Assembly: GCA_964587725.1 (NCBI GenBank) | Contig: CAZPLO010000014.1 | Location: forward strand, 1-35,107 | DNA: 35,107 bases | Direction of reading: 5' to 3' | From: an uncultured archaeon | GTDB taxonomy: Archaea > Altiarchaeota > Altiarchaeia > IMC4 > SCGC-AAA252-I15 | Shown: one piece after another, positions 1-9,333 of the stretch | How positions within the stretch are numbered: position 1 is the stretch's first letter | How the letters are laid out: each line of letters begins with the position of its first letter | The notes under the pieces: generated by a model | Database searches by the model: none | The model's input: only the letters and a program-made list of their open reading frames with translations | Told to the model about the DNA's origin: nothing | Program-made: the position numbers and the translations under genes

Positions 1-249
1 TATGTCGGCTGTGCGGAGGCGCTGGGCCTCGAGTTTGATGAGTGCCTGGTTTTCCTCTTCCGTGAAGTCCATGCTGCTCCGGGCCATCCCCATAACGTCT
101 ATCAATATGGATTCCAGGTCCGTACGGTCCTTAAGGCTGGATACGGCGCGTATCGGCTGGGGATGCAATTCCGTGACCTCCCTGTCAACCTGCTCCCTCA
201 GGGCTGTGATGAAATCCCCCTTGCTTTCCGTTTTAGTAGCCTCCGACAT
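1..249 (-). CDS. hypothetical protein, partial (runs off the left edge)
   Basis: Not in the ORF track. Manual translation from ATG at 249 gives MSEATKTESKGDFITALREQVDREVTELHPQPIRAVSSLKDRTDLESILIDVMGMARSSMDFTEEENQALIKLEAQRLRTADI, open to base 1. A TATA-like CTTTTTAC lies about 25 nt upstream on the minus strand. Confidence 0.7.
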   Translation of the reverse strand, partial: MSEATKTESKGDFITALREQVDREVTELHPQPIRAVSSLKDRTDLESILIDVMGMARSSMDFTEEENQALIKLEAQRLRTADI

Positions 250-293
250 GTACAATAATATGGACTATACAGTAAAAAGTTTTCAAAAGGAAA

Positions 294-557
294 TCAAACG
301 TCTTCCATGCCGTCCTGACGCCTGAGTCTGCGCCGGTCCTTGAAGTGGAGGCGGGTGCCGCCGCCGGTGAAGGAGCGCTTCTCCAGCAGTTTCTTAAGGC
401 GTTCCCTGACAGCGTCGGAGGCGCCTTCTTTCTCATACAGCATGTGCGCTTCAACTAGTTCTTCATCGTGCCGGTAGCGTCGGGCGAACTTGTCGAACAC
501 GCTGCCGTCGTCCAGGGAGTCGAGTATCTGCCGTATGATGCCTTCGCCGGCGTTCAC
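294..557 (-). CDS. small hypothetical protein (87 aa), last gene of the ATP synthase/CBS string
   Basis: GTGA overlap with the CBS gene stop; charged helical composition; followed by a T-rich tract on the minus strand. Confidence 0.6.
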   Translation of the reverse strand: MNAGEGIIRQILDSLDDGSVFDKFARRYRHDEELVEAHMLYEKEGASDAVRERLKKLLEKRSFTGGGTRLHFKDRRRLRRQDGMEDV

Positions 558-955
558 TTTCCCTTAATCTCCTTGGCCATGTCGTAGGGGCTGAAGCGGC
601 GGATGTTCTTCTCCTTCAGTATTCCGACGATGTTGCCTTCAGAGTCGGTCATCGCCAGCCTACCCGAATCCGTCTCCCTAAACCTCTCGGAGACCTCGTC
701 GATGTCTGCGTCCTTGCTCGCGAACACCAGCGGCTCCAGCTTCAAATCCTTCACCTGCTTGTCCAACACGTTAACGCCCTTGATTATGGCGTTGTACACT
801 ACGGTGTCGGTCATCAGTCCCACCTTCTTGTTGGCGTCGTCGCGGACGACGACGGAGCCGATGTTCTCGTCCCTGAACATCCGCGCCACCTCCTTGATGG
901 ATGTGTTCAGACTGCATTCAACAATCCTCTTCTTCGCGTAGTAAAACGGTTTCAT
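554..955 (-). CDS. stand-alone CBS-pair (Bateman module) protein
   Basis: Two CBS motifs (SIKEVARMFRDENIGSVVVRDD...VGLMTDTVV and ADIDEVSERFRETDSGRLAMTDSEGNIVGILKEKNI); ATGA overlap with atpD; GGAGG ribosome-binding site upstream. Confidence 0.9.
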   Translation of the reverse strand: MKPFYYAKKRIVECSLNTSIKEVARMFRDENIGSVVVRDDANKKVGLMTDTVVYNAIIKGVNVLDKQVKDLKLEPLVFASKDADIDEVSERFRETDSGRLAMTDSEGNIVGILKEKNIRRFSPYDMAKEIKGK

Positions 956-1596
956 GACCTCCCCTCCTGCTTTTTCTTAATCATCTTCCTCATATAAAAG
1001 TCTTCGCGCTCCAGCTCCTCCAACCGCATCCTTATGTATTTGCGGGTGTTGGCTAGCTGCGGAATAACCTTGTACTCGAGGGCGTTCACCCTCCTCTTCG
1101 TCTTCTTCACCTCGGAAGAAAGCGCGAGCATGCTCTGCTCCACCTCCGCCAGCTTCACAGTCTCCCGCATAAGCTTCTCGTACTCCCGTGCGACGGAATC
1201 CACTGCAGGGTGGGTGTTTATGAGGCCGTATCCGCGCTCGTCAATCTCCCCAAGCCGCTCCTCAAGGCTTATCTTGGGGAGCCGTATGCCCATCACGTTA
1301 CGGTACTCCACGCCCGCTTCGACGCCTTCTCCGCCCGCGAGGGACGCGGACAACAACTGGCTGCTTCCTGCGAGGGCGGACGCGACCCCGTAGCTGCGTC
1401 GGGCCCGTTCAGCCTGCGAGTAAGCCCCCCCCGACACCTCCTCCGCCTCCCGGGCCAGGTTCATGAACTCCATTATGAGGGTGTCCCGCTTCTCCTTCAG
1501 CAGCCGGTGGCCCTTCTCCGCCAGCCGCAGCCTGTTTTTAATCCGCAGCAGCTCCATCCGCGTGGGATGCACGCCCTCAACGATGTCCTCAGCCAT
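952..1596 (-). CDS. atpD: A/V-type ATP synthase subunit D
   Basis: [30 protein letters not shown] and [15 protein letters not shown] motifs; follows subunit B. Confidence 0.97.
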   Translation of the reverse strand: MAEDIVEGVHPTRMELLRIKNRLRLAEKGHRLLKEKRDTLIMEFMNLAREAEEVSGGAYSQAERARRSYGVASALAGSSQLLSASLAGGEGVEAGVEYRNVMGIRLPKISLEERLGEIDERGYGLINTHPAVDSVAREYEKLMRETVKLAEVEQSMLALSSEVKKTKRRVNALEYKVIPQLANTRKYIRMRLEELEREDFYMRKMIKKKQEGRS

Positions 1597-2965
1597 TGTG
1601 TCCCGGATGATACTTTTCGACGTACTCCTCCTTAACCCTCTTCAGCTCCCGCTCCGGCAGTATCGCCAGCAAATCCCAGCCTATGCCCAGAGTCTCCTCT
1701 ATGCCGCGGTCCTCGTCCCGGTCCTGGTTGGCGAACTCCGCCTCGAACCGTTCAGCGAACTCCAGATACTTTTTGTCGCGGTCCGTCAAAGCCTCCTCAC
1801 CGATGACGGCCACAAGGTCCCGGAGGTCACGCCCTTCAGCGTAGGCTGCATACAGTTGGTTGCTGACGCTGCTGTGGTCTTCACGGGTCATCTCCGCGCC
1901 TATGCCCTTGTTCATCAGCCTCGAAAGAGACGGGAGCACGTCCACCGGCGGATACACGCCCTTCCGGAACAGCGGCCTCGACAACACGAACTGGCCCTCC
2001 GTAATGTATCCTGTCAAATCCGGTATGGGGTGTGTTATGTCGTCGTCGGGCATGGTTATGATGGGGACCTGGGTTATGGAGCCCTTCCGCCCCCTCAGAC
2101 GCCCGGCCCGCTCATAGAGTGAAGCCAGGTCCGTGTACATGTAGCCTGGATACCCTCTGCGGCCGGGGACTTCCTCGCGGGCGGCGCCTATCTGCCGCAG
2201 GGCCTCGCAGTAGTTGGTCATGTCCGTCAATATCACTAGCACGTGGTAGTCCTTCTCGTACGCCAGGTATTCGGCGGCCGTCAAAGCAACCCTCGGCGTT
2301 ATGATGCGCTCCACCGCCGGGTCGTCGGCGAGGTTCAGGAACGAGATAATCCGTTCGGAGGCGCCGCTATCCTGGAAGCTGTTGCGGAAGAACATCGCCT
2401 CCTCATGGGTTATGCCCATGGCTGCGAACACGACCGCGAACTCGTCGCCGGTCTTCACCTTCGCCTGCCGCGCAATCTGCGCCGCCAAGTCGTTGTGCGG
2501 CAGCCCCGCTCCGGAGAAGATGGGCAGCTTCTGCCCCCGCACCAGCGTGTTCATCCCGTCTATGGTCGACACGCCAGTCTGTATGAACTCCCGCGGATAC
2601 TCCCGGGCGGAAGGGTTTATGGGCTGCCCGTTCACGTCCAAGTACTGTTCCGCGGTGACTTCTCCGCCGTCGTCCGCCCTTCCTGTTCCGTCAAACACCC
2701 GCCCCAGCATCTCAGCCGACACGGGAATGTGCAGCGTCTCCCCCAGGAACCTGACCGTGGTGTCCTTGGTGTCCAACCCTCTTGTGTCCTCGAACACCTG
2801 CACCACAGCCTTGTCTTCGTGTGCGTCCAGCACCTGCCCGTGCTTGAGGCCGCCGCGCGAATCCACAACCTCAACGACTTCGCCGTACATGACGTCGCGG
2901 GTCTTCTCCACCACAATCAGCGGACCCCTGACCTCGCCCACCGTCTTGTACTCGACCACGGCCAT
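1589..2965 (-). CDS. atpB: A/V-type ATP synthase subunit B
   Basis: [40 protein letters not shown] and [19 protein letters not shown] motifs. Start placed at ATG 2965 (MAVVEYKT), just after the atpA stop. Confidence 0.98.
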   Translation of the reverse strand: MAVVEYKTVGEVRGPLIVVEKTRDVMYGEVVEVVDSRGGLKHGQVLDAHEDKAVVQVFEDTRGLDTKDTTVRFLGETLHIPVSAEMLGRVFDGTGRADDGGEVTAEQYLDVNGQPINPSAREYPREFIQTGVSTIDGMNTLVRGQKLPIFSGAGLPHNDLAAQIARQAKVKTGDEFAVVFAAMGITHEEAMFFRNSFQDSGASERIISFLNLADDPAVERIITPRVALTAAEYLAYEKDYHVLVILTDMTNYCEALRQIGAAREEVPGRRGYPGYMYTDLASLYERAGRLRGRKGSITQVPIITMPDDDITHPIPDLTGYITEGQFVLSRPLFRKGVYPPVDVLPSLSRLMNKGIGAEMTREDHSSVSNQLYAAYAEGRDLRDLVAVIGEEALTDRDKKYLEFAERFEAEFANQDRDEDRGIEETLGIGWDLLAILPERELKRVKEEYVEKYHPGHNG

Positions 2966-2966
2966 C

Positions 2967-4688
2967 CTACTCGAACCCCTCACTCATCTTTTCCTCGATT
3001 TTGGAGGCGTATGCGTCGAACTCCCCCTCCGGCGTATACTTCATTTTGGCCATGTCGTCGAGCAGCGGCGACTCCGTTATCTCGGCGAGCCCCCTGCCCT
3101 TCTCCACCGCAGCCTTCGCCTTCCCGTGGAACTTCAGTATAATGGACAGCATCCGGTGCTGCTTGCCTCTGCTGCAGTATGTGTCGACTTCGTGGTATGC
3201 GTCCTGCTGCAGGTAATCCTCCCGCAGCACCTTGGCGGTCTGCAGTATCAGGCGTTCGTCCTCCGGCAGGGCGTCCGGCCCCACCAGCTGCACTATCTCA
3301 AGCAGCTCGCTCTCCCGCTGCAGTATCGCCATCGCATCATCCCGCAATCCCTTCATGTCCCCGCCCACGTTCTCCCTAATCCATTCCTCCAGCAGCTCGT
3401 TGTAGAGGCTGTAGCTGCGGAGCCAGTTGATGGATGGGAAATGCCTTCTGTCCGCGAGTCGGGCGTCAAGGCTCCAGAACACCCGCACCGTCCGCAACGT
3501 ATTCTGGGTCACGGGCTCGCTCAAGTCCCCGCCCGGAGGCGAAACAGCCCCAATCAACGAGGTGGAGGCGGTGGAGCCTCCGAGGGTCTCCACGCGTCCG
3601 GAGCGCTCGTAAAACGATGCGAGCCGCGACCCCAGGTACGCGGGATAACCCTCCTCGCCGGGCATCTCCTCCAGCCGCGCCGATATCTCGCGCATGGCCT
3701 CGGCCCAGCGGCTGGTGCTGTCGGCCATCAACGCCGTATTGTAGCCCATGTCCCTGTAATACTCGGCTATGGTTACGCCGGTGTACACGGACGCCTCCCT
3801 CGCAGCCACCGGCATGTTGGAGGTGTTCGCAATCAGCACCGTGCGTTCCATCAGCGGCTCCCCGCTCTTCGGGTCCTTCAATTCGGGGAAGTCGTCCAAC
3901 ACCTCCGTCATCTCGTTCCCGCGCTCCCCGCACCCCACGTACACGATGACGTCGGCGTCAGCCCACTTAGCCAGCTGATGCTGCACCACCGTCTTCCCGG
4001 CGCCGAAGGGGCCGGGTATTGCGGCGGTGCCGCCTTTTCCGATGGGGAAGAACACGTCTATTATCCTGTATCCCGTAACCAGCTGTTCGTGGGGGTTGAG
4101 TTTACGAGCCACCGGCCTCGGCGTCTTCACCGGCCACCGCCGCAGCATCGTGACATCCTCTCCTCCGACGCTGCACAGCACGTCCTCCACGGTGTAATCC
4201 CCCCTCCGTATCCCCTTCACCTTGCCCGAAAACCCGTAGGGGGCCATAACCTTGTGCTCTATCAGCTTCGACTCCTGCACCGTCCCCAACACGGTGCCGG
4301 CCTTCACGCCGTCGCCGTCCTTCACGGCGGGGGTGAAGGACCACTTCTTCTTCCTGTCCAGTGCGGGAGCATCAAGTCCCCTTCTGATGAAGTCTCCGGA
4401 CTGCTCCTTCAATGCGGGCAGCGGCCGCTGAACCCCGTCGTATATGGATTTTATGAGGCCTGGCCCCAGCTCCACCGACAGTTGTTCGCCGGTGTTTTCG
4501 ATGGGCTCCCCCGGCTTTATGCCGGAGGTGTCCTCGTACACCTGCACGGACACGCGGTCGCCGACCACCCTGATTACTTCACCCATCAGCGCTTCGTCTC
4601 CGACGCGGACGACGTCGTACATTCTGCTGCCCCGCATCCCGTCGGCCTCCACCAGAGGCCCCGTAATCCTCTTCACAGTCCCCCTCAT
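2967..4688 (-). CDS. atpA: A/V-type ATP synthase catalytic subunit A
   Basis: Walker [32 protein letters not shown] and [13 protein letters not shown] motifs; 573 aa, no intein. Confidence 0.98.
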   Translation of the reverse strand: MRGTVKRITGPLVEADGMRGSRMYDVVRVGDEALMGEVIRVVGDRVSVQVYEDTSGIKPGEPIENTGEQLSVELGPGLIKSIYDGVQRPLPALKEQSGDFIRRGLDAPALDRKKKWSFTPAVKDGDGVKAGTVLGTVQESKLIEHKVMAPYGFSGKVKGIRRGDYTVEDVLCSVGGEDVTMLRRWPVKTPRPVARKLNPHEQLVTGYRIIDVFFPIGKGGTAAIPGPFGAGKTVVQHQLAKWADADVIVYVGCGERGNEMTEVLDDFPELKDPKSGEPLMERTVLIANTSNMPVAAREASVYTGVTIAEYYRDMGYNTALMADSTSRWAEAMREISARLEEMPGEEGYPAYLGSRLASFYERSGRVETLGGSTASTSLIGAVSPPGGDLSEPVTQNTLRTVRVFWSLDARLADRRHFPSINWLRSYSLYNELLEEWIRENVGGDMKGLRDDAMAILQRESELLEIVQLVGPDALPEDERLILQTAKVLREDYLQQDAYHEVDTYCSRGKQHRMLSIILKFHGKAKAAVEKGRGLAEITESPLLDDMAKMKYTPEGEFDAYASKIEEKMSEGFE

Positions 4689-4963
4689 CCTCTCAGCTCG
4701 AAACCTATGGTGTTCTTCACGATGTCTCCAAGGCCGTTGTATGCCTCGGAGGGTATGCGCTGAACCACCGACGTCGACCTTATATCGTCCATCCGGCTCT
4801 CCAGCGCCTTCTCCCCATCCTCGGAGACGAGTATGACTGCTTCCCTGCCCGTCAGCTTGTCAGCTAATCCTTCCTCGCTGGGTTCATGGGTCTCCCCCAC
4901 CCCCGCGAGACGGAAGCCCGCGGCTTCCTCCCCGGACCCGACCACGATTACCTCCCTCTTCAT
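4685..4963 (-). CDS. atpF: A/V-type ATP synthase subunit F
   Basis: [18 protein letters not shown] motif and C-terminal [10 protein letters not shown]. Start placed at ATG 4963 (ATGA overlap with atpC). Confidence 0.92.
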   Translation of the reverse strand: MKREVIVVGSGEEAAGFRLAGVGETHEPSEEGLADKLTGREAVILVSEDGEKALESRMDDIRSTSVVQRIPSEAYNGLGDIVKNTIGFELRG

Positions 4964-5973
4964 GAAATCAGCCCCTTCACCGTATCCCCGTCCAGCCGGA
5001 ACCATTTCCCAGCCAATATTGCGAGCAGGTTGTTGACTTCACGGCGTTTCAGCCGAAGGTACGCTATCACCGACTTCACCGTCAACGGCTCCGCAACCGC
5101 GTCGTATTCCACTTCACGGTCAAGTATCCTCTGCAGGCGCAGGTCCAGGTCCTCGAGGCTGCCTTCGGCGGACTCCGACACCGTGTCTCTGGCGGCGTCA
5201 TGGTAGGGGGTGCCCTCCAACGCCTTGGCCACGCCCTCCGCGTCCTGACGCAGCAGCTCCTCCAACCTGCTCCGGGTTATGTAGCGGCCCTCCCACAGCA
5301 CGTGTTCTGCGGCGTCCACGCCCCCGAGCTTGCACCTTAACACGGTGCGGACGTTGAGTATGTCCACCATGGTTCTGACGTAGGCTGCGAAGCTGCCGTC
5401 CGCAGCATCCAGCATGTCCTTGAGGAACAGCCGGTCCAGCTCCTCTTCGAAGGCAGTCGTGGAATCCTTCTCCAAGGCCTTCTCAACGTATACTCTGTAG
5501 GGCTGAGGCAGCATCGCAGGCAATGCGGAAACGTCCTCCGCCGCAGACAGCTCCCGGAGCCTCTCGCGCCCCAGCATCCCCGTGGACAGTATCCCGTCCA
5601 ACGCCTTCTCCCCGGCTTTCGAACGCACGGCCCTGCAGACGGTCTTCAGATTCTCCAGGTCCCACGACGCGGGGAAGACCGCGTCCAGCATGTTTCTCTC
5701 GTCTTCAGGCAGCGTAGACGCGAGTTCGCAGTAGTTCTGTTTGAAGTCGTCGGCGAGTATGCCTTCCACGTCGCTGAGGCTGAATCCCTTGCTGAGGCGC
5801 CTGGTTTCGTCCCCGTATCTTGTTCCCTCGAACATGGACAGCACCTCGTCAACGCTGCCCGCCTGCGCCATCAACTCCAGCTCCCTTCTCGCAAGAAGCC
5901 TGCTGCGCATACCCGACACCATCCCGTAGGCGTACGCGTGCATCGAATCCCTGTCCTCCAGCACCACGTTCAT
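4960..5973 (-). CDS. atpC: A/V-type ATP synthase subunit C (AhaC, AC39/d family)
   Basis: YAYGMVSGMRSRLL, WDLENLKTVCR, VDILNVRTVLRCK and YLRLKRREVNNLLAI motifs; lies between E and F. Confidence 0.93.
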   Translation of the reverse strand: MNVVLEDRDSMHAYAYGMVSGMRSRLLARRELELMAQAGSVDEVLSMFEGTRYGDETRRLSKGFSLSDVEGILADDFKQNYCELASTLPEDERNMLDAVFPASWDLENLKTVCRAVRSKAGEKALDGILSTGMLGRERLRELSAAEDVSALPAMLPQPYRVYVEKALEKDSTTAFEEELDRLFLKDMLDAADGSFAAYVRTMVDILNVRTVLRCKLGGVDAAEHVLWEGRYITRSRLEELLRQDAEGVAKALEGTPYHDAARDTVSESAEGSLEDLDLRLQRILDREVEYDAVAEPLTVKSVIAYLRLKRREVNNLLAILAGKWFRLDGDTVKGLIS

Positions 5974-6521
5974 CTTCCGAACAGTATCCTCCCCACATCG
6001 GGCTTCAGTTTAACCCTCGCCCTCCCCATGATTGTTTCCAGCCGGTTGTCGACGCGGGCTGACCCGTCCGCGGACTCTATCACCACCCCGAACCCTATGT
6101 CGGATTCCTCCACGTTCTTCACGCCCTTGAGGAGGCGTTTGTTTTCGCGTGACACCTTAACCGTGGCCTTACCCTCGATGAGCCGCGCGTCGCCTGCAAG
6201 CCTCTTCAGATACGCCGCCTTCTTCTCATCCGGCAGCGACTTAATCTTCTCGCCGGCCTCCGCAAGCACCTTGTCTGTGAGTCTTGCTTTCTCGGCGGCT
6301 GCCGCGTTCATCGCGTCCAGCCGGGCTTTGCCGACGCGCCGCCTGTACTCGAGCTCCGCCTTCCTTGAGCCCGCGGCCCTTGCTTCATCCGCATTCTCGG
6401 CGGCCTCCCGCCTGATGTCCTCCAAAACGGCATCCGCCTCCTGCCCGGCCTTCTCCCCTATTTCGTCCACTTCCGCCTGGAAGTCCGACCGTATCCTGGA
6501 TTCGAGTTCCCGGTAGCCCAT
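5970..6521 (-). CDS. atpE: A/V-type ATP synthase subunit E
   Basis: N-terminal coiled coil plus GFGVVIESADGSARVDNRLE...ILFG C-terminal motif. Confidence 0.93.
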   Translation of the reverse strand: MGYRELESRIRSDFQAEVDEIGEKAGQEADAVLEDIRREAAENADEARAAGSRKAELEYRRRVGKARLDAMNAAAAEKARLTDKVLAEAGEKIKSLPDEKKAAYLKRLAGDARLIEGKATVKVSRENKRLLKGVKNVEESDIGFGVVIESADGSARVDNRLETIMGRARVKLKPDVGRILFGR

Positions 6522-6522
6522 C

Positions 6523-7011
6523 CTAGAAGACGTTGCCTGAAATCAATATCATTATGGCTATTATGAAGCCCAGCAGCGCCGACAATTCACACATCACCAC
6601 ATATATGAGCACCTTCCCGGTGATGTTGTTGTTTCTCCCGTATGCGCCGACGGCCGCCGAAGCCGCGGCTCCCTGGTATATGGCGCTCAACCCCGTCAGT
6701 CCGACGCACACTCCCGCGGCGAGGCTCAACAGTCCCTTCTCCACGGTCATGTCTCCGCCGAGTATGCCCGTTACGATGAGGACCCCGATTACGAACGCGT
6801 ATATTGCCTGCGTCTGCGGCAGCGCCTCCAACACGAGTATGCTGCTGAAGTTCTTCTCCTGCTCCGCCGTCAACGCCGAAGCGGTGCTGCCGGACATCCC
6901 CAGTCCCTTGGCGGCGCCTATCCCCGCCAGGCCCATGCCCACCGCCGCTCCTCCGGCGGCGAGGACGTTCCCGTCAAACAGGTAACCCAGTAAAGTGCTT
7001 AACTCTGCCAT
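6523..7011 (-). CDS. atpK: A/V-type ATP synthase proteolipid subunit K/c, duplicated four-TM form
   Basis: Four hydrophobic helices; ALPQTQAIY, SAIYQG and VMCE motifs resembling NtpK. Confidence 0.95.
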   Translation of the reverse strand: MAELSTLLGYLFDGNVLAAGGAAVGMGLAGIGAAKGLGMSGSTASALTAEQEKNFSSILVLEALPQTQAIYAFVIGVLIVTGILGGDMTVEKGLLSLAAGVCVGLTGLSAIYQGAAASAAVGAYGRNNNITGKVLIYVVMCELSALLGFIIAIMILISGNVF

Positions 7012-7013
7012 CT

Positions 7014-8954
7014 CTATCTCCTCACAGTGTATTTCCTCCTCTCAGTGAACGGCTGGAACTCAAACCCTCCGCCGCCGTAGAATGTTCCGTAGAACTCTAC
7101 GTAGTGGAGTCTGAGCGCGTGCACGAACGAACCCAGCGAGTTCATGAGTAGGATTATTAAGTGAGCTCCAATAAATAGGGCGGCTGCGATGAACACGCCC
7201 ACCACGGGTATTCCGAACGTCAGCGCCGCGAGGAAGTTGAACGCCATCCCCATCCCCGGCGTCGTCAGGTTCAAGGCCAGCAGCCGCGCATACGATACGA
7301 TGCGGCCGAGTATGCCCGGCAAATCCATTACAGCCATGAACCCGGAGCCCTTGAACAGCAGTATGAATCCTAGGCCGAACAGTCCAGCACCTGGCAGCGT
7401 GACGCCGTAGTATGCGAGGCCCACGCCAGCGAGTATCAGAAGCCAGCAGGCGTTCCCTGTCAGCGCCCCCGTCCAGTCTTTGCGGTTCATCTTGTCCATT
7501 ATGCCCAGAAGGTTCCCCAGTATCACGTGCAGCAGCCCCACGGCGACCGTGACACCCAGCAGCAGGACTGCGTTCGACTTGTACAGGGGGTCGATGAGCA
7601 CCAGCGGCAGCTGCCTCTGCTCCACGCCCAACACGTATTTGGCGAGGAAGTCCCCCATGTATCCTCCGGTAAGGGCGCCGAACACTATCGTCGACAGCCC
7701 CCCCCACGTCAGGATGGCGGTCAAATCCGCGACGCTCCTGGAGTATCTCGCATACTTCCTCTTAAGCCACAGCGCCAGCGCGGTTATGAACAGCCCGTAC
7801 ACGGCGTCGCCGACCATGAACCCGAAAAACAATACGAACGTGGGCGCCGTCACCCAGGTGGGGTCCATCTGGTCGTATCTGGGCGGCGAATACAGGCGCG
7901 TGAACACCTCGAACGGCTTCAGCGCCGGCGGGTTATCCAGCAGTGTGGGGGCGTCGCCGGGGTCCTCCTCCACATCCATGCTGTAGCATCCGCGGGACTC
8001 CTCATCCACCAGCTCCTCAACCCCGTCCACCTTGTCCCTGGGAACCCACATCCGCAGATACGACGTCTCCTTCGTGGAACCGAAGTTGCTGTAGACGGTG
8101 GCCTTCTCCTCCTCCAGGCGGAGCAGCTCCTCCGCCACCAGCAGCCTACGGTATGAGCTGTCGTGCATCTTCTGAAGCGCGTCCCCGACATCCCGAAGCG
8201 GCTTCTCCAGGTTCTCGTACTCCAGCCTCCTGTTCAGGTAAACGTCTTTGAATGTCCCATCCCCTTCTACATTGAGTTCATTGAATCCGCTGGCCCTGAG
8301 CGTCTTCATCAGCTCCTCCCCCCTGCCGGCGGGCACGGCGTACGCCTTCACACCCTCCCTCCCGTGTTCGGCGAGGGTCTCGGAAACGTATTCCCCGCCG
8401 AATGCCTCCCTAAGGATTGCGTCCGCGTCTCCGTCAGCAGGCAGCAGTCCCACAACCGTGTGCAGGTATTTTGAGGTGCGGAAGTATTCCGTGGGCACCT
8501 CCACCGTCGAAACAGGCTTCATGGACTCCAGCAAGTCCTCCAGTTTGTTCCTGCGCTCCTCCAGGCTCCGCAGCCGCTCCCCAGCCTCCCCAACCCTGCC
8601 TTCAAGGCCGGACAGCAGCTCTTCCGCGCCGGATTCGACCTCCATGGAGTCCCGGTCTCCGACCTCCATTCTGTCGACGACCTCCACGCCCAGCATCTCC
8701 TCCAGGAAATTCCCCCCCGCCTGCTCGTACGGCGACAGCGCCTCCAACAGGTTCCTGGTTCTCAGCAGCATGGAGGAAATCTTTTCGGCGCGCTCCAGGG
8801 GCTCGTCCCTGCCCACGCCCTCCTCCGCAAGATGCTGGTCGTCCAGGAAGTCGACCTGTGCGGCGCCTTCCCGGTGGAGGCGGGAGACCACCTTGTCTCT
8901 AACGTCTTTCGCCACCACGCAGTCGATCCTGCACATGCGGACAGGCTTAAGCAT
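7014..8954 (-). CDS. atpI: A/V-type ATP synthase subunit I/a
   Basis: PTLLDNP, FFGFMVGDAVYG, SYARLLAL (essential Arg) and HALRLHYVEFY motifs. Start placed at ATG 8954 (MLKPVRM). Confidence 0.96.
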   Translation of the reverse strand: MLKPVRMCRIDCVVAKDVRDKVVSRLHREGAAQVDFLDDQHLAEEGVGRDEPLERAEKISSMLLRTRNLLEALSPYEQAGGNFLEEMLGVEVVDRMEVGDRDSMEVESGAEELLSGLEGRVGEAGERLRSLEERRNKLEDLLESMKPVSTVEVPTEYFRTSKYLHTVVGLLPADGDADAILREAFGGEYVSETLAEHGREGVKAYAVPAGRGEELMKTLRASGFNELNVEGDGTFKDVYLNRRLEYENLEKPLRDVGDALQKMHDSSYRRLLVAEELLRLEEEKATVYSNFGSTKETSYLRMWVPRDKVDGVEELVDEESRGCYSMDVEEDPGDAPTLLDNPPALKPFEVFTRLYSPPRYDQMDPTWVTAPTFVLFFGFMVGDAVYGLFITALALWLKRKYARYSRSVADLTAILTWGGLSTIVFGALTGGYMGDFLAKYVLGVEQRQLPLVLIDPLYKSNAVLLLGVTVAVGLLHVILGNLLGIMDKMNRKDWTGALTGNACWLLILAGVGLAYYGVTLPGAGLFGLGFILLFKGSGFMAVMDLPGILGRIVSYARLLALNLTTPGMGMAFNFLAALTFGIPVVGVFIAAALFIGAHLIILLMNSLGSFVHALRLHYVEFYGTFYGGGGFEFQPFTERRKYTVRR

Positions 8955-9258
8955 TCGCACCCAACTCCTCCAGTACGTGTTCCACGGCCGCCCCACGGTT
9001 CCTCTCATAACCTTTCCTAAGCCGCTTCAGCTCCTTCTCCGACTCGTCGGCAATCTTCTCGCATTCAGCGTCCGCCTTCCGGACCGCCTCATCCATCATC
9101 TCACCGGCGTCTTTCTCGGCTGCCCCAACCTCCTCATCAATCACGCTGCCGCGGCTGGCTTTAGCGTTCTCGACCAGTTCAACCGCCTCCCTGCGGGCTT
9201 TCTCAACCTCCGCCGTGAGCTCGGCCTCCAGTTCCTTGATGCGTTTCAGGTCTTCCAT
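8947..9258 (-). CDS. atpH: A/V-type ATP synthase subunit H (G-like peripheral stalk)
   Basis: 103-aa Glu/Ala/Lys-rich coiled coil (MEDLKRIKELEAE...) directly upstream of subunit I. Confidence 0.88.
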   Translation of the reverse strand: MEDLKRIKELEAELTAEVEKARREAVELVENAKASRGSVIDEEVGAAEKDAGEMMDEAVRKADAECEKIADESEKELKRLRKGYERNRGAAVEHVLEELGANA

Positions 9259-9300
9259 GGTACTGGAACATTATTTGAGTAACGGATTAAGAATCAAAGC

Positions 9301-9330
9301 CCGCGTATGAGCCCGTATGAGCACGTGTGA
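9301..9330. repeat. three tandem degenerate 10-bp direct repeats upstream of the ATP synthase operon
   Basis: ccgcgtatga / gcccgtatga / gcacgtgtga; core CGT(A/G)TGA at exactly 10-bp spacing in the secD-atpH intergenic gap. Confidence 0.65.
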
Positions 9331-9333
9331 CCA

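Noticed and set aside
2-325. 107-aa plus-strand ORF
   Set aside because: Ser-rich shadow of the better-supported minus-strand gene 1-249, which has a promoter-like element.
2967-4688. Intein in ATP synthase subunit A (a common insertion site)
   Set aside because: Normal length with an uninterrupted Walker A region.
2301-4763. 820-aa plus-strand ORF, and many similar antisense ORFs such as 8248-9282 and 24536-25324
   Set aside because: Antisense shadows of conserved GC-rich genes (atpA/B, atpI, top6B) with no recognisable motifs.
9299-9332. Possible CRISPR remnant
   Set aside because: Units are only 10 bp, have no spacers, and no cas genes are nearby.
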